Source: a virus (lineage: Duplodnaviria; Caudoviricetes). From it: a stretch of 49,158 bases of DNA. Position 1 is the first letter of the stretch. Each line of letters opens with the position of its first letter. Made by a program: the position numbers and the translations under genes. Positions 29,436 to 38,244 of the stretch are shown piece after piece. The DNA lies in IMG/VR virus record IMGVR_UViG_3300020388_000003, positions 1-49,158 of that record; one strand, 5' to 3'. The notes under the pieces are model-generated. The model had not been told where the DNA came from. It saw nothing but the letters and a program-made list of their open reading frames with translations, and did not search any database.

Positions 29436-29874
29436 AAACCTTAGCCGCCTCCTCTATTGTACCGTACAAACCTAGATACTTCCTTCTAAAATTGACCTCA
29501 TACTTTCCTTTTCTCTTCCTGTAAGTAACGCCACGAACACCCGACAAACTTCCACTATTGGCTTTGTCTATGTTAATTGCGTTTTCAGAAGTGGTCGCAT
29601 CCCTAAGGTTACTTGGCCTGTTATCAGCTTTGTTTTGATTCCTGTGGTCAACAAGATTAGGCAAGTATCCGTAGTGCATCAAGAAAATAATTCTATGCAC
29701 CTTGTAATACTTATCACCAACCTTTAGTGACAAATACCCATCCTTGTCTGGTGAACCAAGTGGGGAGTCTTTCTTAGCACCACCACCAGAACACCTCTTC
29801 CTTAGCTTGCCTTTGTCACACACCCAGTACCTTTTAGAGAACAGCTCTCTTAGCTTTTGTTCTTCTTGTACCAC
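29377..29874 (-). CDS. HNH homing endonuclease with AP2-like domain, inserted in the polymerase gene
   Basis: VHRIIF...VDHRNQNKADNRPSNLR; SGVRGV...YLGLYGTIEEAA. Confidence 0.88.
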   Translation of the reverse strand: MVQEEQKLRELFSKRYWVCDKGKLRKRCSGGGAKKDSPLGSPDKDGYLSLKVGDKYYKVHRIIFLMHYGYLPNLVDHRNQNKADNRPSNLRDATTSENAINIDKANSGSLSGVRGVTYRKRKGKYEVNFRRKYLGLYGTIEEAAKVYADAKRDATTCRGRAVQAV

Positions 29875-31223
29875 CTGTAAAATTTCTCCTCTTCATCAGT
29901 AACGTAACCTGCCACTTTTGCAATATCAACATGAGGACAATATCCCTCCTCATTCATTGTTTCTACATATTCAGGGTCGTGAGGTATCATGTAATGTTGC
30001 TTTGTCCTGTCTTCTAATGCGGTCATATCAGAACCACACAGCTCATACCCCTCAGGAGCTATAAGACAACCCCTAAGCTCCTCACCGTAAGGCTTATCAA
30101 CACCTGGCAAGTTAACTACAACCCTGTGCTTAAACCTCAGTGTATTAGTGAAGCCTTGTATACGTGCTTGTACATAGCCTTCATCATCCATATTGTCAAG
30201 GAAGCCACTAACTACATCTAGGCGGTGCTTAATCACACCAACTTCCTGTAAGGCCCTAACCGCTGGCTCTTCTTCACAAAGACGTTCAACACTTGGAGTT
30301 AGTATTGGCTCATTGTCATCATTCTTCTTACGTACTTGAGGTATTTGACGTAGGTCGCCAGTATCCTTATCACGCTTGAACTTGAATGTACAAGGTATCC
30401 AACCTAGCCCTGCTAACCATGCCTTAATCTGTGGGTCAGATGCAGCATTAGGTTTGTTATAAGAAGATATGTAAGACATTTCCTCAGTGTCTTCTGGCAA
30501 GTCGTGCTCCTTAAGCAGGGCAAACCACTTCTCACCTAAAGCACTTAACGTACCATCCTGCTTATAAGGCTTCTTAGGCTTAGTCTTCTTAGTGTACACT
30601 GGAACATCAGGCATCACCTCTTCAAGCCTTGTTACAGCCTCTTGGTGCAGCCCTGACAGACGTCCCCTTAGCTCAGTGGCCTTGGGTACATCAATCTTCC
30701 AGCGTCTCTCCTCTTGCTCCCTAGCACACTCCATCTTGAACATGAGGTAGTCAACAAGCTTCCAAGCCTCTTCCTCAGTTTCGTACATACGGAGCAACTT
30801 AGCCCATTGCTTCTCCCACAAGGTTGTGTTAATCTTAACATCTTCACGACACCTGTTTTTGTATTCAGCAGGAGACAGACCAACCCAATCATCAACCTTA
30901 GGCTTAGGTATACCATAGTCTTCACCATAGTCAGCTAAACCATGCATAACTCGCTTAGGTTCTAAGTACCAAGACAACGCTAACGTATCAACCAACTTAG
31001 CTTTCACCTTAATGCCAAGCATCTCTTCTACCGCTGGTATATCAAACCTGTAGATGTTATGCCCAACAAGCATTTCAGCATTGCTAAAGTAGTTTCTCAT
31101 AGCGTCATAAGAGCAAGTAGCCCCTAGCTTAGAGCCATTATCAACTGCTATACAGTGTATCTTTGTGTAGTCAAAGCCATCAGTCTCAATGTCAAAGACA
31201 TTACCTGGGGCTTTTCTTTTCAT
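29850..31223 (-). CDS. DNA polymerase family A, N-terminal fragment (3'-5' exonuclease, thumb, motif A)
   Basis: FDIETDG, GHNIYRFD, DTLALS, CREDV; LCGSDMTALEDR (motif A); ATG at 31223 after AGGAGGAG. Confidence 0.9.
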   Translation of the reverse strand: MKRKAPGNVFDIETDGFDYTKIHCIAVDNGSKLGATCSYDAMRNYFSNAEMLVGHNIYRFDIPAVEEMLGIKVKAKLVDTLALSWYLEPKRVMHGLADYGEDYGIPKPKVDDWVGLSPAEYKNRCREDVKINTTLWEKQWAKLLRMYETEEEAWKLVDYLMFKMECAREQEERRWKIDVPKATELRGRLSGLHQEAVTRLEEVMPDVPVYTKKTKPKKPYKQDGTLSALGEKWFALLKEHDLPEDTEEMSYISSYNKPNAASDPQIKAWLAGLGWIPCTFKFKRDKDTGDLRQIPQVRKKNDDNEPILTPSVERLCEEEPAVRALQEVGVIKHRLDVVSGFLDNMDDEGYVQARIQGFTNTLRFKHRVVVNLPGVDKPYGEELRGCLIAPEGYELCGSDMTALEDRTKQHYMIPHDPEYVETMNEEGYCPHVDIAKVAGYVTDEEEKFYRWYKKNKS

Positions 31224-31234
31224 TAATCTCCTCC

Positions 31235-31396
31235 TTAACAACTTAAGTCACATGGAGCATCCCCACATGTTTCACATAACTCAGGGCTGTACCCGCATAT
31301 CTCTGTAGAGCTGCCACCATAAGTTAAAGAGCCGCAATCAGGACAGATACCTTCCTCACCATCACTAGGGGTTGCCCCCCAACCGTCACAACACAT
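31235..31396 (-). CDS. 53-aa cysteine-rich protein (not in the ORF track)
   Basis: Manual translation MCCDGW...CPDC...CETCGDAPCDLSC; 9 Cys; RBS upstream. Confidence 0.65.
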   Translation of the reverse strand: MCCDGWGATPSDGEEGICPDCGSLTYGGSSTEICGYSPELCETCGDAPCDLSC

Positions 31397-31399
31397 AAT

Positions 31400-31513
31400 C
31401 TAATCTTCCTTAGGACACAATGCAAGACACATTGCAATAAACATTATAAACAGTATAAGCCCTGCCCCCATTATAACAAGACTAAGGTTTACAAAGAACA
31501 TTAATATGCTCAT
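31400..31513 (-). CDS. 37-aa hydrophobic peptide
   Basis: Manual translation MSILMFFVNLSLVIMGAGLILFIMFIAMCLALCPKED fills the intergenic gap. Confidence 0.45.
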   Translation of the reverse strand: MSILMFFVNLSLVIMGAGLILFIMFIAMCLALCPKED

Positions 31514-31514
31514 A

Positions 31515-31808
31515 TTACCAACTCACGTCCACAATGTAGTCCCCTTCCTCCAGCTTACCCTTGTTACACAAGTCTTGCAGAATGTCTGATAAACAGTATT
31601 TCTCAGGAGACCCTTTGCTCAGTGCAGTTATGTTGGGAGTCTGCCACTCATCCAACTTACCCTTGCAAACGTTAAACTCGGCTTTCTCTGCATTTTGACT
31701 AGAACCTATCTCTTCCATAGGCATTATCTCATAGTGGTGCCCATACTCCTTAAAGATAATAGCCTCAAGCTCACTGTAATCACAGCTAATTACCACCTTC
31801 TTTTCCAT
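31515..31808 (-). CDS. Hypothetical protein
   Basis: 97 aa, coupled to the sigma gene stop. Confidence 0.6.
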   Translation of the reverse strand: MEKKVVISCDYSELEAIIFKEYGHHYEIMPMEEIGSSQNAEKAEFNVCKGKLDEWQTPNITALSKGSPEKYCLSDILQDLCNKGKLEEGDYIVDVSW

Positions 31809-32299
31809 TATTCCTCCTCCTCAAATAGGTGAGACATTTCAAGCTTAAACAGATTAACGACATAATTAATACGCTTATTATTCGTATCAAGTATTGTCAT
31901 AATCTCCCTAGGCTTGTATTGCTCATTAAAATATAGATGAAGGATTGTCCTATCATCACCTTGCTTACTGTTAATAGTTTCCTTAATGCGTACAATTGTA
32001 TCTTCGTTGGTTTGAGACATAGGAATTGGGTCAGCCAATTCCTCATCAAACTCAACATACGTACCACATGAACGTTCATCACGCTTGAATGTCTTAAGCG
32101 TATTATTCATAATCGTATTGAACCAAGCCCCTAGCTCTTGTCTCTCAGCATCAAAGCTAGACATGTATTTAAGGGCACGTTCAAAGGATTCTTGTAAGAC
32201 ATCCTCAGCATTCTCAGGAGTACCAGCTCTGTGATACAGCCTCTTTAGTAGCACCTCTCGGTTATCTACGTAGAAGTCTTCTATTAATTGAAATGACAA
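31808..32299 (-). CDS. Phage-encoded ECF-like RNA polymerase sigma factor
   Basis: Region 2 (NAEDVLQESFERALKY...WFNTIMNN) and region 4 (ILHLYFNEQYKPREI); TTG start after GAGGAAG. Confidence 0.82.
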   Translation of the reverse strand: MSFQLIEDFYVDNREVLLKRLYHRAGTPENAEDVLQESFERALKYMSSFDAERQELGAWFNTIMNNTLKTFKRDERSCGTYVEFDEELADPIPMSQTNEDTIVRIKETINSKQGDDRTILHLYFNEQYKPREIMTILDTNNKRINYVVNLFKLEMSHLFEEEE

Positions 32300-32300
32300 A

Positions 32301-32489
32301 TTACTCTTCCTCTTTATGAAATTCACTACGTAAACTTTCAATAGCTAATACAGGAGACTTACCTGTCCCCTTAATACGTTTAGCCGCTAGGTTAGCTACA
32401 TAAGCTGACCAAACACCGTTGTACGAATCAAAGCTAAGCTCACAGTCAAAGCTTATACCCAAATGACCTAATTCAACTTTAATCATCAC
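32301..32489 (-). CDS. Small hypothetical protein
   Basis: 62 aa coupled to the helicase stop. Confidence 0.5.
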   Translation of the reverse strand: MMIKVELGHLGISFDCELSFDSYNGVWSAYVANLAAKRIKGTGKSPVLAIESLRSEFHKEEE

Positions 32490-33163
32490 GCCTCCGAAAA
32501 TAAATGTGTATTCTTATTCCAATACAAGTCAACTGTACCGCCCTCACCAAACTCACGGTCAGCAAGCACAACTAACTTCCTCATATTACGCTCCTCAGGC
32601 GTTAACTCGGGGTCTTTATTGCCCTCAAAACCTATAGCGTAGTTACAAGAACGTGCCATAGCGCTACTACCAGCGAAGTAATCTGTTGTTATCTTACCAC
32701 CCCTATCCCAAGGAACAGCTCCTTTAGGTGGTTTGTTTAAGTGACAGAAGAAGAATATAGCAATATCTAAATCCATTGCCATAGCAGCAGCCTCTTGGGC
32801 CACACCCTTAAGGTGTGAATCTATATCACTGTTAGACATACCATTGGTTAAGTTAGTGATTGGGTCAATAAATACAACCTTCACACCAGCCGCAGCAGCC
32901 GCAGTTATATCAACCTTAAGGGACTCCCAACCAATATGCTGATAAAGGTTAAGCATACAAAGCTTGTCTTTTACAACAGCGCCAGCAGCTTCATAAGCCT
33001 CTTCATCAAAAGCAATCTTAGGGTCATGGAACACCTTCCCACCAATCTTAGAACACACCATCTTGTACGTCTTATTATTGGCTTCCTCAGGTTTGGCCAC
33101 CATAACAGGCAGGTCATGTTCCTTAATGAAGTGAGCAGCCAAGGCATTAACCACCTCAGATTT
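32486..33163 (-). CDS. Primase-helicase exon 2 (DnaB-like helicase)
   Basis: Begins KSEVVN after the intron; VFIDPIT (Walker B), FCHLNK, FAGSSAMAR. Confidence 0.9.
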   Translation of the reverse strand, partial: KSEVVNALAAHFIKEHDLPVMVAKPEEANNKTYKMVCSKIGGKVFHDPKIAFDEEAYEAAGAVVKDKLCMLNLYQHIGWESLKVDITAAAAAGVKVVFIDPITNLTNGMSNSDIDSHLKGVAQEAAAMAMDLDIAIFFFCHLNKPPKGAVPWDRGGKITTDYFAGSSAMARSCNYAIGFEGNKDPELTPEERNMRKLVVLADREFGEGGTVDLYWNKNTHLFSEA

Positions 33164-33879
33164 CGTTGTGTTCGAGTAAGTTCGCTAGGCTTACCCCGTT
33201 CTCTTATGAACTGCTGCATGTCCCCATGCAGACCAGACTATATCATCTCCTTTCGGAGGACACCGCTTCGGACTACTTAGCCCTACTCCCTCTCGGGATA
33301 GTCGTTGCACTTTATTAACTTAACAGATATCTTTGTAATACCTATTGATATCATCAATCCTGTGCTTTGGTAAGTTATACTTCTTTTGTAACTCTTTGCT
33401 TGACAACCCAAGAACCCTATCCTTTTTGATGCTTCTTACTACATCGTCAGGAAGTCTATTAGGGCCTGTTCTTAGTCCTGTGTCAAAAGCGTGCCTAGTG
33501 TTCTCTTTACAAGTACACCACTCAAGGTTAGATATATGATTGTTAAGTTTGTTTCCGTCCTTGTGATTAACCATCTTCTTTCCCTCTGGGTTTGGTATAA
33601 AGTGCATAGCAACTAGCCTGTGCACAGTAACCCTCACCCTCTTTTGAGCCTTTGACCAAAAAGTTATTCTTTTATAACCAACCTTCATCAAATCTGTCTT
33701 AAGCACACGACCTGATTCGGTATTAACTACAACACCCTCTTCATTAATGCTGTAGTGTTCACAGTCTTTTATCTGGATAGGTTTCATCACCGTTCTCCGT
33801 TAAGTTAATCTTAGCTCAGGATTACCTGTTCTAGGCTTCCCCTGAATTCAATGTCTTTTACATGGGCTATTCTTACTCA
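33164..33879 (-). ncRNA. Group I intron (IA2-like, 716 nt) in the primase-helicase gene
   Basis: P1 AUGGGU/GCCCAU with a U-G splice pair; P/Q elements GAATTCAGG and AATCCTGAGC; P7 GACTA/TAGTC; P7.1, P7.2, P8, P9 hairpins; terminal G; splicing restores GEKMGKS. Confidence 0.93.
33320..33790 (-). CDS. Intron-encoded HNH homing endonuclease
   Basis: VHRLVAMHF...VNHKDGNKLNNHISNLEW; ORF lies in the P6a loop. Confidence 0.9.
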   Translation of the reverse strand: MMKPIQIKDCEHYSINEEGVVVNTESGRVLKTDLMKVGYKRITFWSKAQKRVRVTVHRLVAMHFIPNPEGKKMVNHKDGNKLNNHISNLEWCTCKENTRHAFDTGLRTGPNRLPDDVVRSIKKDRVLGLSSKELQKKYNLPKHRIDDINRYYKDIC

Positions 33880-34860
33880 ACCCATCTTCTCACCAGCCGC
33901 TATGTAATATGTCTCACCAAAGCGTAAACCCCTTGTTATATCTGTCAAACCTTGCCAAGGAAAGGACAAACCAAACTGGGCAGGTTGCTTAGCAGCTTCA
34001 TGTACCTCACCACCCCATACAAGCCTTGTGTTCTTAGGCTTCTTCACCTTAAACATTACGGCTTTGAATGCAGCTTTAGAGCAACCCTTAAGCAAACAGT
34101 CATTAGCATCCTTCTCAGGGAGCGTAATAACCCTAGCATCAGGGAACACCTTGATACAATCATCTGTAGCTTTCTTACCAGCGTCATCATTATCAAAACA
34201 GAAATCAACCTGCTTGAAATGCTTCCTTATCTTACCAGCAAGGCGAGACAAATCACGATAAGCACTAGCTGCTCCGTGTGGAAGGCTGACAACAGCGGGT
34301 GAATAATCTTTATACTTCTCGTCTTGATAGCGGTCAATGATTTGCTTAAGACTTGGAGCATCTAATTCCCCCTCACATATTATAAGCCTATCAGCCCCCG
34401 ACTGTACCGCCTGCTCCCAACCAAAGAGGTCAACATCAGACTGGTCGCCAGTAGACCACATACGCTTTCCTTCAACAAGCCTAGTCTTGTAAGACTTAAA
34501 CTCCCCATCAAGTTTATAAGGGTAGTGGTGGAAGGCAACAGTCTTACCATCCTCTTCACTAAACCCTATCTTGATTTGATAGCATTCTAAAGCATTCTTA
34601 CCAATCTTCCTATCAACAAGATTGACAGCCCCTAGGGTGTGGATGAATGCAATACGTTCTTGCACTTCCTCAGGCGTTAAACCTGTACGTTCCTTCTTAG
34701 GAATGTCCTCATAAGAACGTTCATCACCGAATGGGTGCCGTACATATGTGTTACAAGAGTAACAATATCCATCTACACCCCCATCCTCCCTAGCAAACAC
34801 TTGTAAGCCTTGACGACTACCACAAGCTTCATGCCTTATCTTTTGGATACATTGTCCTAT
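33880..34860 (-). CDS. Primase-helicase exon 1 (Zn finger, TOPRIM primase, start of Walker A)
   Basis: CYSC, ICEGELDA, FDNDDAG, KDAND; frame open upstream to ATA at 34860 behind GGAGG. Confidence 0.88.
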
Positions 34861-34930
34861 GATACACCTCCGTCATCATTCATAACAATAAATATAGCTG
34901 TCATAACAACAGCAAATAAGCAGAAAGGAA

Positions 34931-35155
34931 TCATAACATTGTCTCCTCTAAGTAGGTAACATCAAGATTAATACTACGTATTACATTAAGCTTTCTTACA
35001 TCGCAGCGTTGTCCCACAACGTCCTCATAACGTGCCTTAGCTTTTAAAGCGCCAACACGATGTTTACAAGAAGATTGTCCTACAACCTCCCAATGACCCA
35101 CTTGCTGTAGAGAGCCTCCACAAGGAATCACCTTCTTAAACGTTAATAAATACAT
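34931..35155 (-). CDS. Hypothetical protein
   Basis: 74-aa ORF in the operon. Confidence 0.5.
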   Translation of the reverse strand: MYLLTFKKVIPCGGSLQQVGHWEVVGQSSCKHRVGALKAKARYEDVVGQRCDVRKLNVIRSINLDVTYLEETML

Positions 35156-35276
35156 TAATCATCCCCATGTATTAGCCATAAAACTATAACAATTATAATA
35201 ATAACCGAAACCATAACCTTCTCCTATTCAACTAAAATGGCAATAGGCGCTGCTTAGAACGCCTATTAACAGTTAG

Positions 35277-35696
35277 CTAAGCAATGGAACGCCCCTGACC
35301 ATTCCAAAATGTCTTGTATTTAAACCAATCCCCATCAAGAACTGGCTCATCTTTTTCTTCATCAATGTGATAAATCCAAGCACTAACAACCTCACCACTA
35401 TCATCTAAGACAACATCAACCTTCGTTCTGTTGTAAAAGGTTGGGTAGCCTTCTAGTCCATCCAGAGGGCCTGTAAGACCTTCTTCATCTGTGCGGTACA
35501 CTTCCACCACTAATGGTGTTCCATGCCCACTGTGTTCCAATGAGACGCTAGGAAAGGCACCTAATGAGTACATGTTGTAATTATTAACAGTCTTGCCTGA
35601 ATCAACCAACTCACCGTTAGCAAAACCAATAACACGGTGATTACCCAAGCCTTGTCGTAGGCTTCCGTATACAGCCACTAATACATCTTTAGGCAT
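35277..35696 (-). CDS. Gamma-glutamyl cyclotransferase (AIG2-like)
   Basis: VAVYGSLRQG, LDGLEGYP...YNR, AWIY. Confidence 0.9.
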   Translation of the reverse strand: MPKDVLVAVYGSLRQGLGNHRVIGFANGELVDSGKTVNNYNMYSLGAFPSVSLEHSGHGTPLVVEVYRTDEEGLTGPLDGLEGYPTFYNRTKVDVVLDDSGEVVSAWIYHIDEEKDEPVLDGDWFKYKTFWNGQGRSIA

Positions 35697-36711
35697 TATT
35701 CAATTTCTCCATATAAAACTCACGAGACTTGTTAGTAAGGTGCTTTCCAACATCCTTCATGGTAAGTCCAGACTCCTTTAAGGTGTCAGACTCTTCTTCG
35801 TAAATATCCCTATTAACCCAACCAATAAAAGTTCCTATAGTTGACTTATCTAAACCAACCTCACCCAACCCTTGCACAAGTCTGTTCTCTGTCACCGCGT
35901 AGTCAACAAACGCTTGTACAGACCTCAGCTTTTCAGGAGACACTGTTACAATGCTCTTGGGGGTATTTACAGCATGCTTACTGCCCTTAACCTTGAAGAA
36001 ATTATCAGAATCTTCGCACAGTGGGTGTTCAGAGGGTGCCCAAACAATCCCCTCTCCTAGCCTTTGTTTTGCCCCTTGGCTATCTACTAGTCCAAGTTGA
36101 TTAGATACAGGACACCTCTCCTCCACACCCAAAGTTAGTTGCTCTAACTCTGCTTGTGATAACTCTGGCAGGTTAAAGTCAATATCAATGCTAAAAACAC
36201 CAAAGTCAGTGATGCTGTACAAACCTTCTTCGTGAGAGTCTGGTGTGGTTAGGTCGTACAACATTTGATTAGTAACCCACCCTGTTGCATTAGAGTGCAA
36301 CCCAAACAAAAACAACGAACGCTTATTTAAATAACTAATACCCACACCTTTCTGTATACCTTGGCCACACCACTCACCAGAAAGTTTCAAAGGGTAGGCC
36401 ACTACGCCATAACTCTCTTTCAAAACCTTCTCAGCACGTCTCAAGACACACAACACTTCTTCAATACGTTGGTGCATAGCTTGTGCAAACCCGTAGTTAT
36501 CGTTTTTAAGAGTGAAGTCCCCGTCCTTGTAAGTAGCCAGGCAATTGGACTTACTGTGGAAACTAATCTCACCATCTTCGTGCTTAACTATACTGGCATT
36601 GGTTCCATGTAACTTAACTGTCCCTGTGAAACTTACCTTACCAGAAAGGTTTTTACACACTTGTCTGAATTGGCCTGTTTTGTGGAACGGCTGCTTTAAT
36701 TCATTAGTCAT
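35689..36711 (-). CDS. RNA ligase (Rnl2-like)
   Basis: Nucleotidyltransferase motifs KLHGTN (I), GEWCG (III), FLFG (IIIa), EGIV (IV), FKVK (V). Confidence 0.85.
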   Translation of the reverse strand: MTNELKQPFHKTGQFRQVCKNLSGKVSFTGTVKLHGTNASIVKHEDGEISFHSKSNCLATYKDGDFTLKNDNYGFAQAMHQRIEEVLCVLRRAEKVLKESYGVVAYPLKLSGEWCGQGIQKGVGISYLNKRSLFLFGLHSNATGWVTNQMLYDLTTPDSHEEGLYSITDFGVFSIDIDFNLPELSQAELEQLTLGVEERCPVSNQLGLVDSQGAKQRLGEGIVWAPSEHPLCEDSDNFFKVKGSKHAVNTPKSIVTVSPEKLRSVQAFVDYAVTENRLVQGLGEVGLDKSTIGTFIGWVNRDIYEEESDTLKESGLTMKDVGKHLTNKSREFYMEKLNNA

Positions 36712-37123
36712 TAGTCATCTCCTTAAGTCGTTTCTTAGCATCAGACAATTGCTTGTCCATATCTTCAATCAGTTTGTTAAGCTTCTCTAACTCTGGGTTG
36801 GATTTGGGTTTAATACGGTACTCCATGTCAGGCAGAAAGGCTGGATTAGGGCAACTTATCCACGTACTATACCCCTTGCTCCATATTTCAATCTCAGCCC
36901 CACTAGCCCATGCAATGATTAAGTCGTAGTTTGGACGTTTCTTAGGGGCTGGCTCTGCCAAGGAGAAGAAGTTAGGATTAAACTCTCCGTAATAAGAGTA
37001 ATCCTCTAAGCCAATCCAACCGTCCGCATTAACCCTAGTCACTTTGTAGACACTGCCAACCTTTAGTACGTGAGAACCCTCAACACGCCTAACCTTATCA
37101 CCAACTCTAAACTTACAACTCAT
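36704..37123 (-). CDS. Hypothetical protein, paralog of 37804..38244
   Basis: FRVGDKVRRV, IAWxxG, YRIKP and a coiled-coil tail shared with the paralog. Confidence 0.7.
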   Translation of the reverse strand: MSCKFRVGDKVRRVEGSHVLKVGSVYKVTRVNADGWIGLEDYSYYGEFNPNFFSLAEPAPKKRPNYDLIIAWASGAEIEIWSKGYSTWISCPNPAFLPDMEYRIKPKSNPELEKLNKLIEDMDKQLSDAKKRLKEMTND

Positions 37124-37132
37124 ACAACCTCC

Positions 37133-37177
37133 AAATTATTTTCTAATAAAAATTATGACAAATGAGCATCTCATAAC
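37133..37177 (-). promoter_or_regulatory. Repeated upstream motif GTTATGWGRTGC-N19-TTAGAAAA, copy A
   Basis: Three intergenic copies with identical spacing. Confidence 0.6.
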
Positions 37178-37337
37178 CTAATCATATCCCACAAGGACAT
37201 GTTCTTAACCGTGTTCTTAACCTTAGCATCCTCAAGCTTAGCCTCATAATAACTAATCTTGAATGCGTGCTTCAAATCCCTACATGTTAAAACAACTATA
37301 CACAGAACTAATAATAAGTAAATCATGTCCACCTCAC

Positions 37338-37811
37338 CTACAACGCTTTACAATACACTGTCTCATAATTAAACAGACCTAGACGTTCAACAATATTAGA
37401 ATGTTCAATACCATTCTTAAACGTCACCATGAAATGCTTAGCACCCTTGTTCTTAACAACTTGCTCAGCTTGCTTAATAAGCTCTGAGCCAAGCCCTGTT
37501 CCACGTTCAGATGGCACTACATACATTGTATCAGTTAATGCTGTAAGCTCCCCTGTGTGCATTGAGGGGCACAGGAATAGGGATATGTACCCTTTGACGA
37601 AGGGGAAGCCAGCTTCATCATACTCAACAGCCAATAACCATATGTGCATACCAGCTTCCTCAGAAGCCTTGTAACTATCCCATTGAACATTAAGCTCAGA
37701 TGTCTTACGTCTGTCATCAACCTCTTCCCACTGCTGTAAGAGGAGATTGTTAAACTGTACATCAGTTGATAAGAACTCAGAGGTTGGTATGCTAAATATT
37801 GTCTCACCCAT
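37338..37811 (-). CDS. GNAT family acetyltransferase
   Basis: Motif A MYVVPSERGTGLGSELI; VERLGL. Confidence 0.85.
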   Translation of the reverse strand: MGETIFSIPTSEFLSTDVQFNNLLLQQWEEVDDRRKTSELNVQWDSYKASEEAGMHIWLLAVEYDEAGFPFVKGYISLFLCPSMHTGELTALTDTMYVVPSERGTGLGSELIKQAEQVVKNKGAKHFMVTFKNGIEHSNIVERLGLFNYETVYCKAL

Positions 37812-38244
37812 TACGCATTTCCTTAAGCTGTTCTTGAGCTTCCTTAAGCTGTTCCTCAAGCTTACTTACAAGAGAAGTTAGCTTAGCCTCTTTAGGACAA
37901 GACTCTGGTTTAATCCTATAACTATCAGAAATATTAAAGGCTGGTAAAACACTGCTTTCAGCAGCATTCCTTAAACTCGCCCAAGTGTCACCAGTACACT
38001 TAGTCTGAACTTCCTTACCTTGCATCCAAGCAATAACCACATTGTAATGCTTGTAGTAGTTTGAGGTATCTTCTACAGTGGTGAAGTAGTGTTTATTGTA
38101 CCACCTTGGCTTTGAATGCTCTTCAAAACACAAATCACCTAAAGCACTTATTTCACAGATGGTGTACACACACCCCTTTTTCATGAAGTGAGTATCGAGG
38201 CCGTCAACACGCCTAACCTTGCCACCAACTTTAAAATCACTCAT
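37804..38244 (-). CDS. Hypothetical protein, paralog of 36704..37123
   Basis: FKVGGKVRRV, IAWMQG, YRIKP, coiled-coil tail. Confidence 0.7.
   Translation of the reverse strand: MSDFKVGGKVRRVDGLDTHFMKKGCVYTICEISALGDLCFEEHSKPRWYNKHYFTTVEDTSNYYKHYNVVIAWMQGKEVQTKCTGDTWASLRNAAESSVLPAFNISDSYRIKPESCPKEAKLTSLVSKLEEQLKEAQEQLKEMRNG

Noticed and set aside
29436-29849. Group I intron or intein in the DNA polymerase
   Set aside because: No P1/P7 elements like those of the helicase intron were found, the interval is fully coding, and the HNH is out of frame with a stop before it; kept as the split-gene finding
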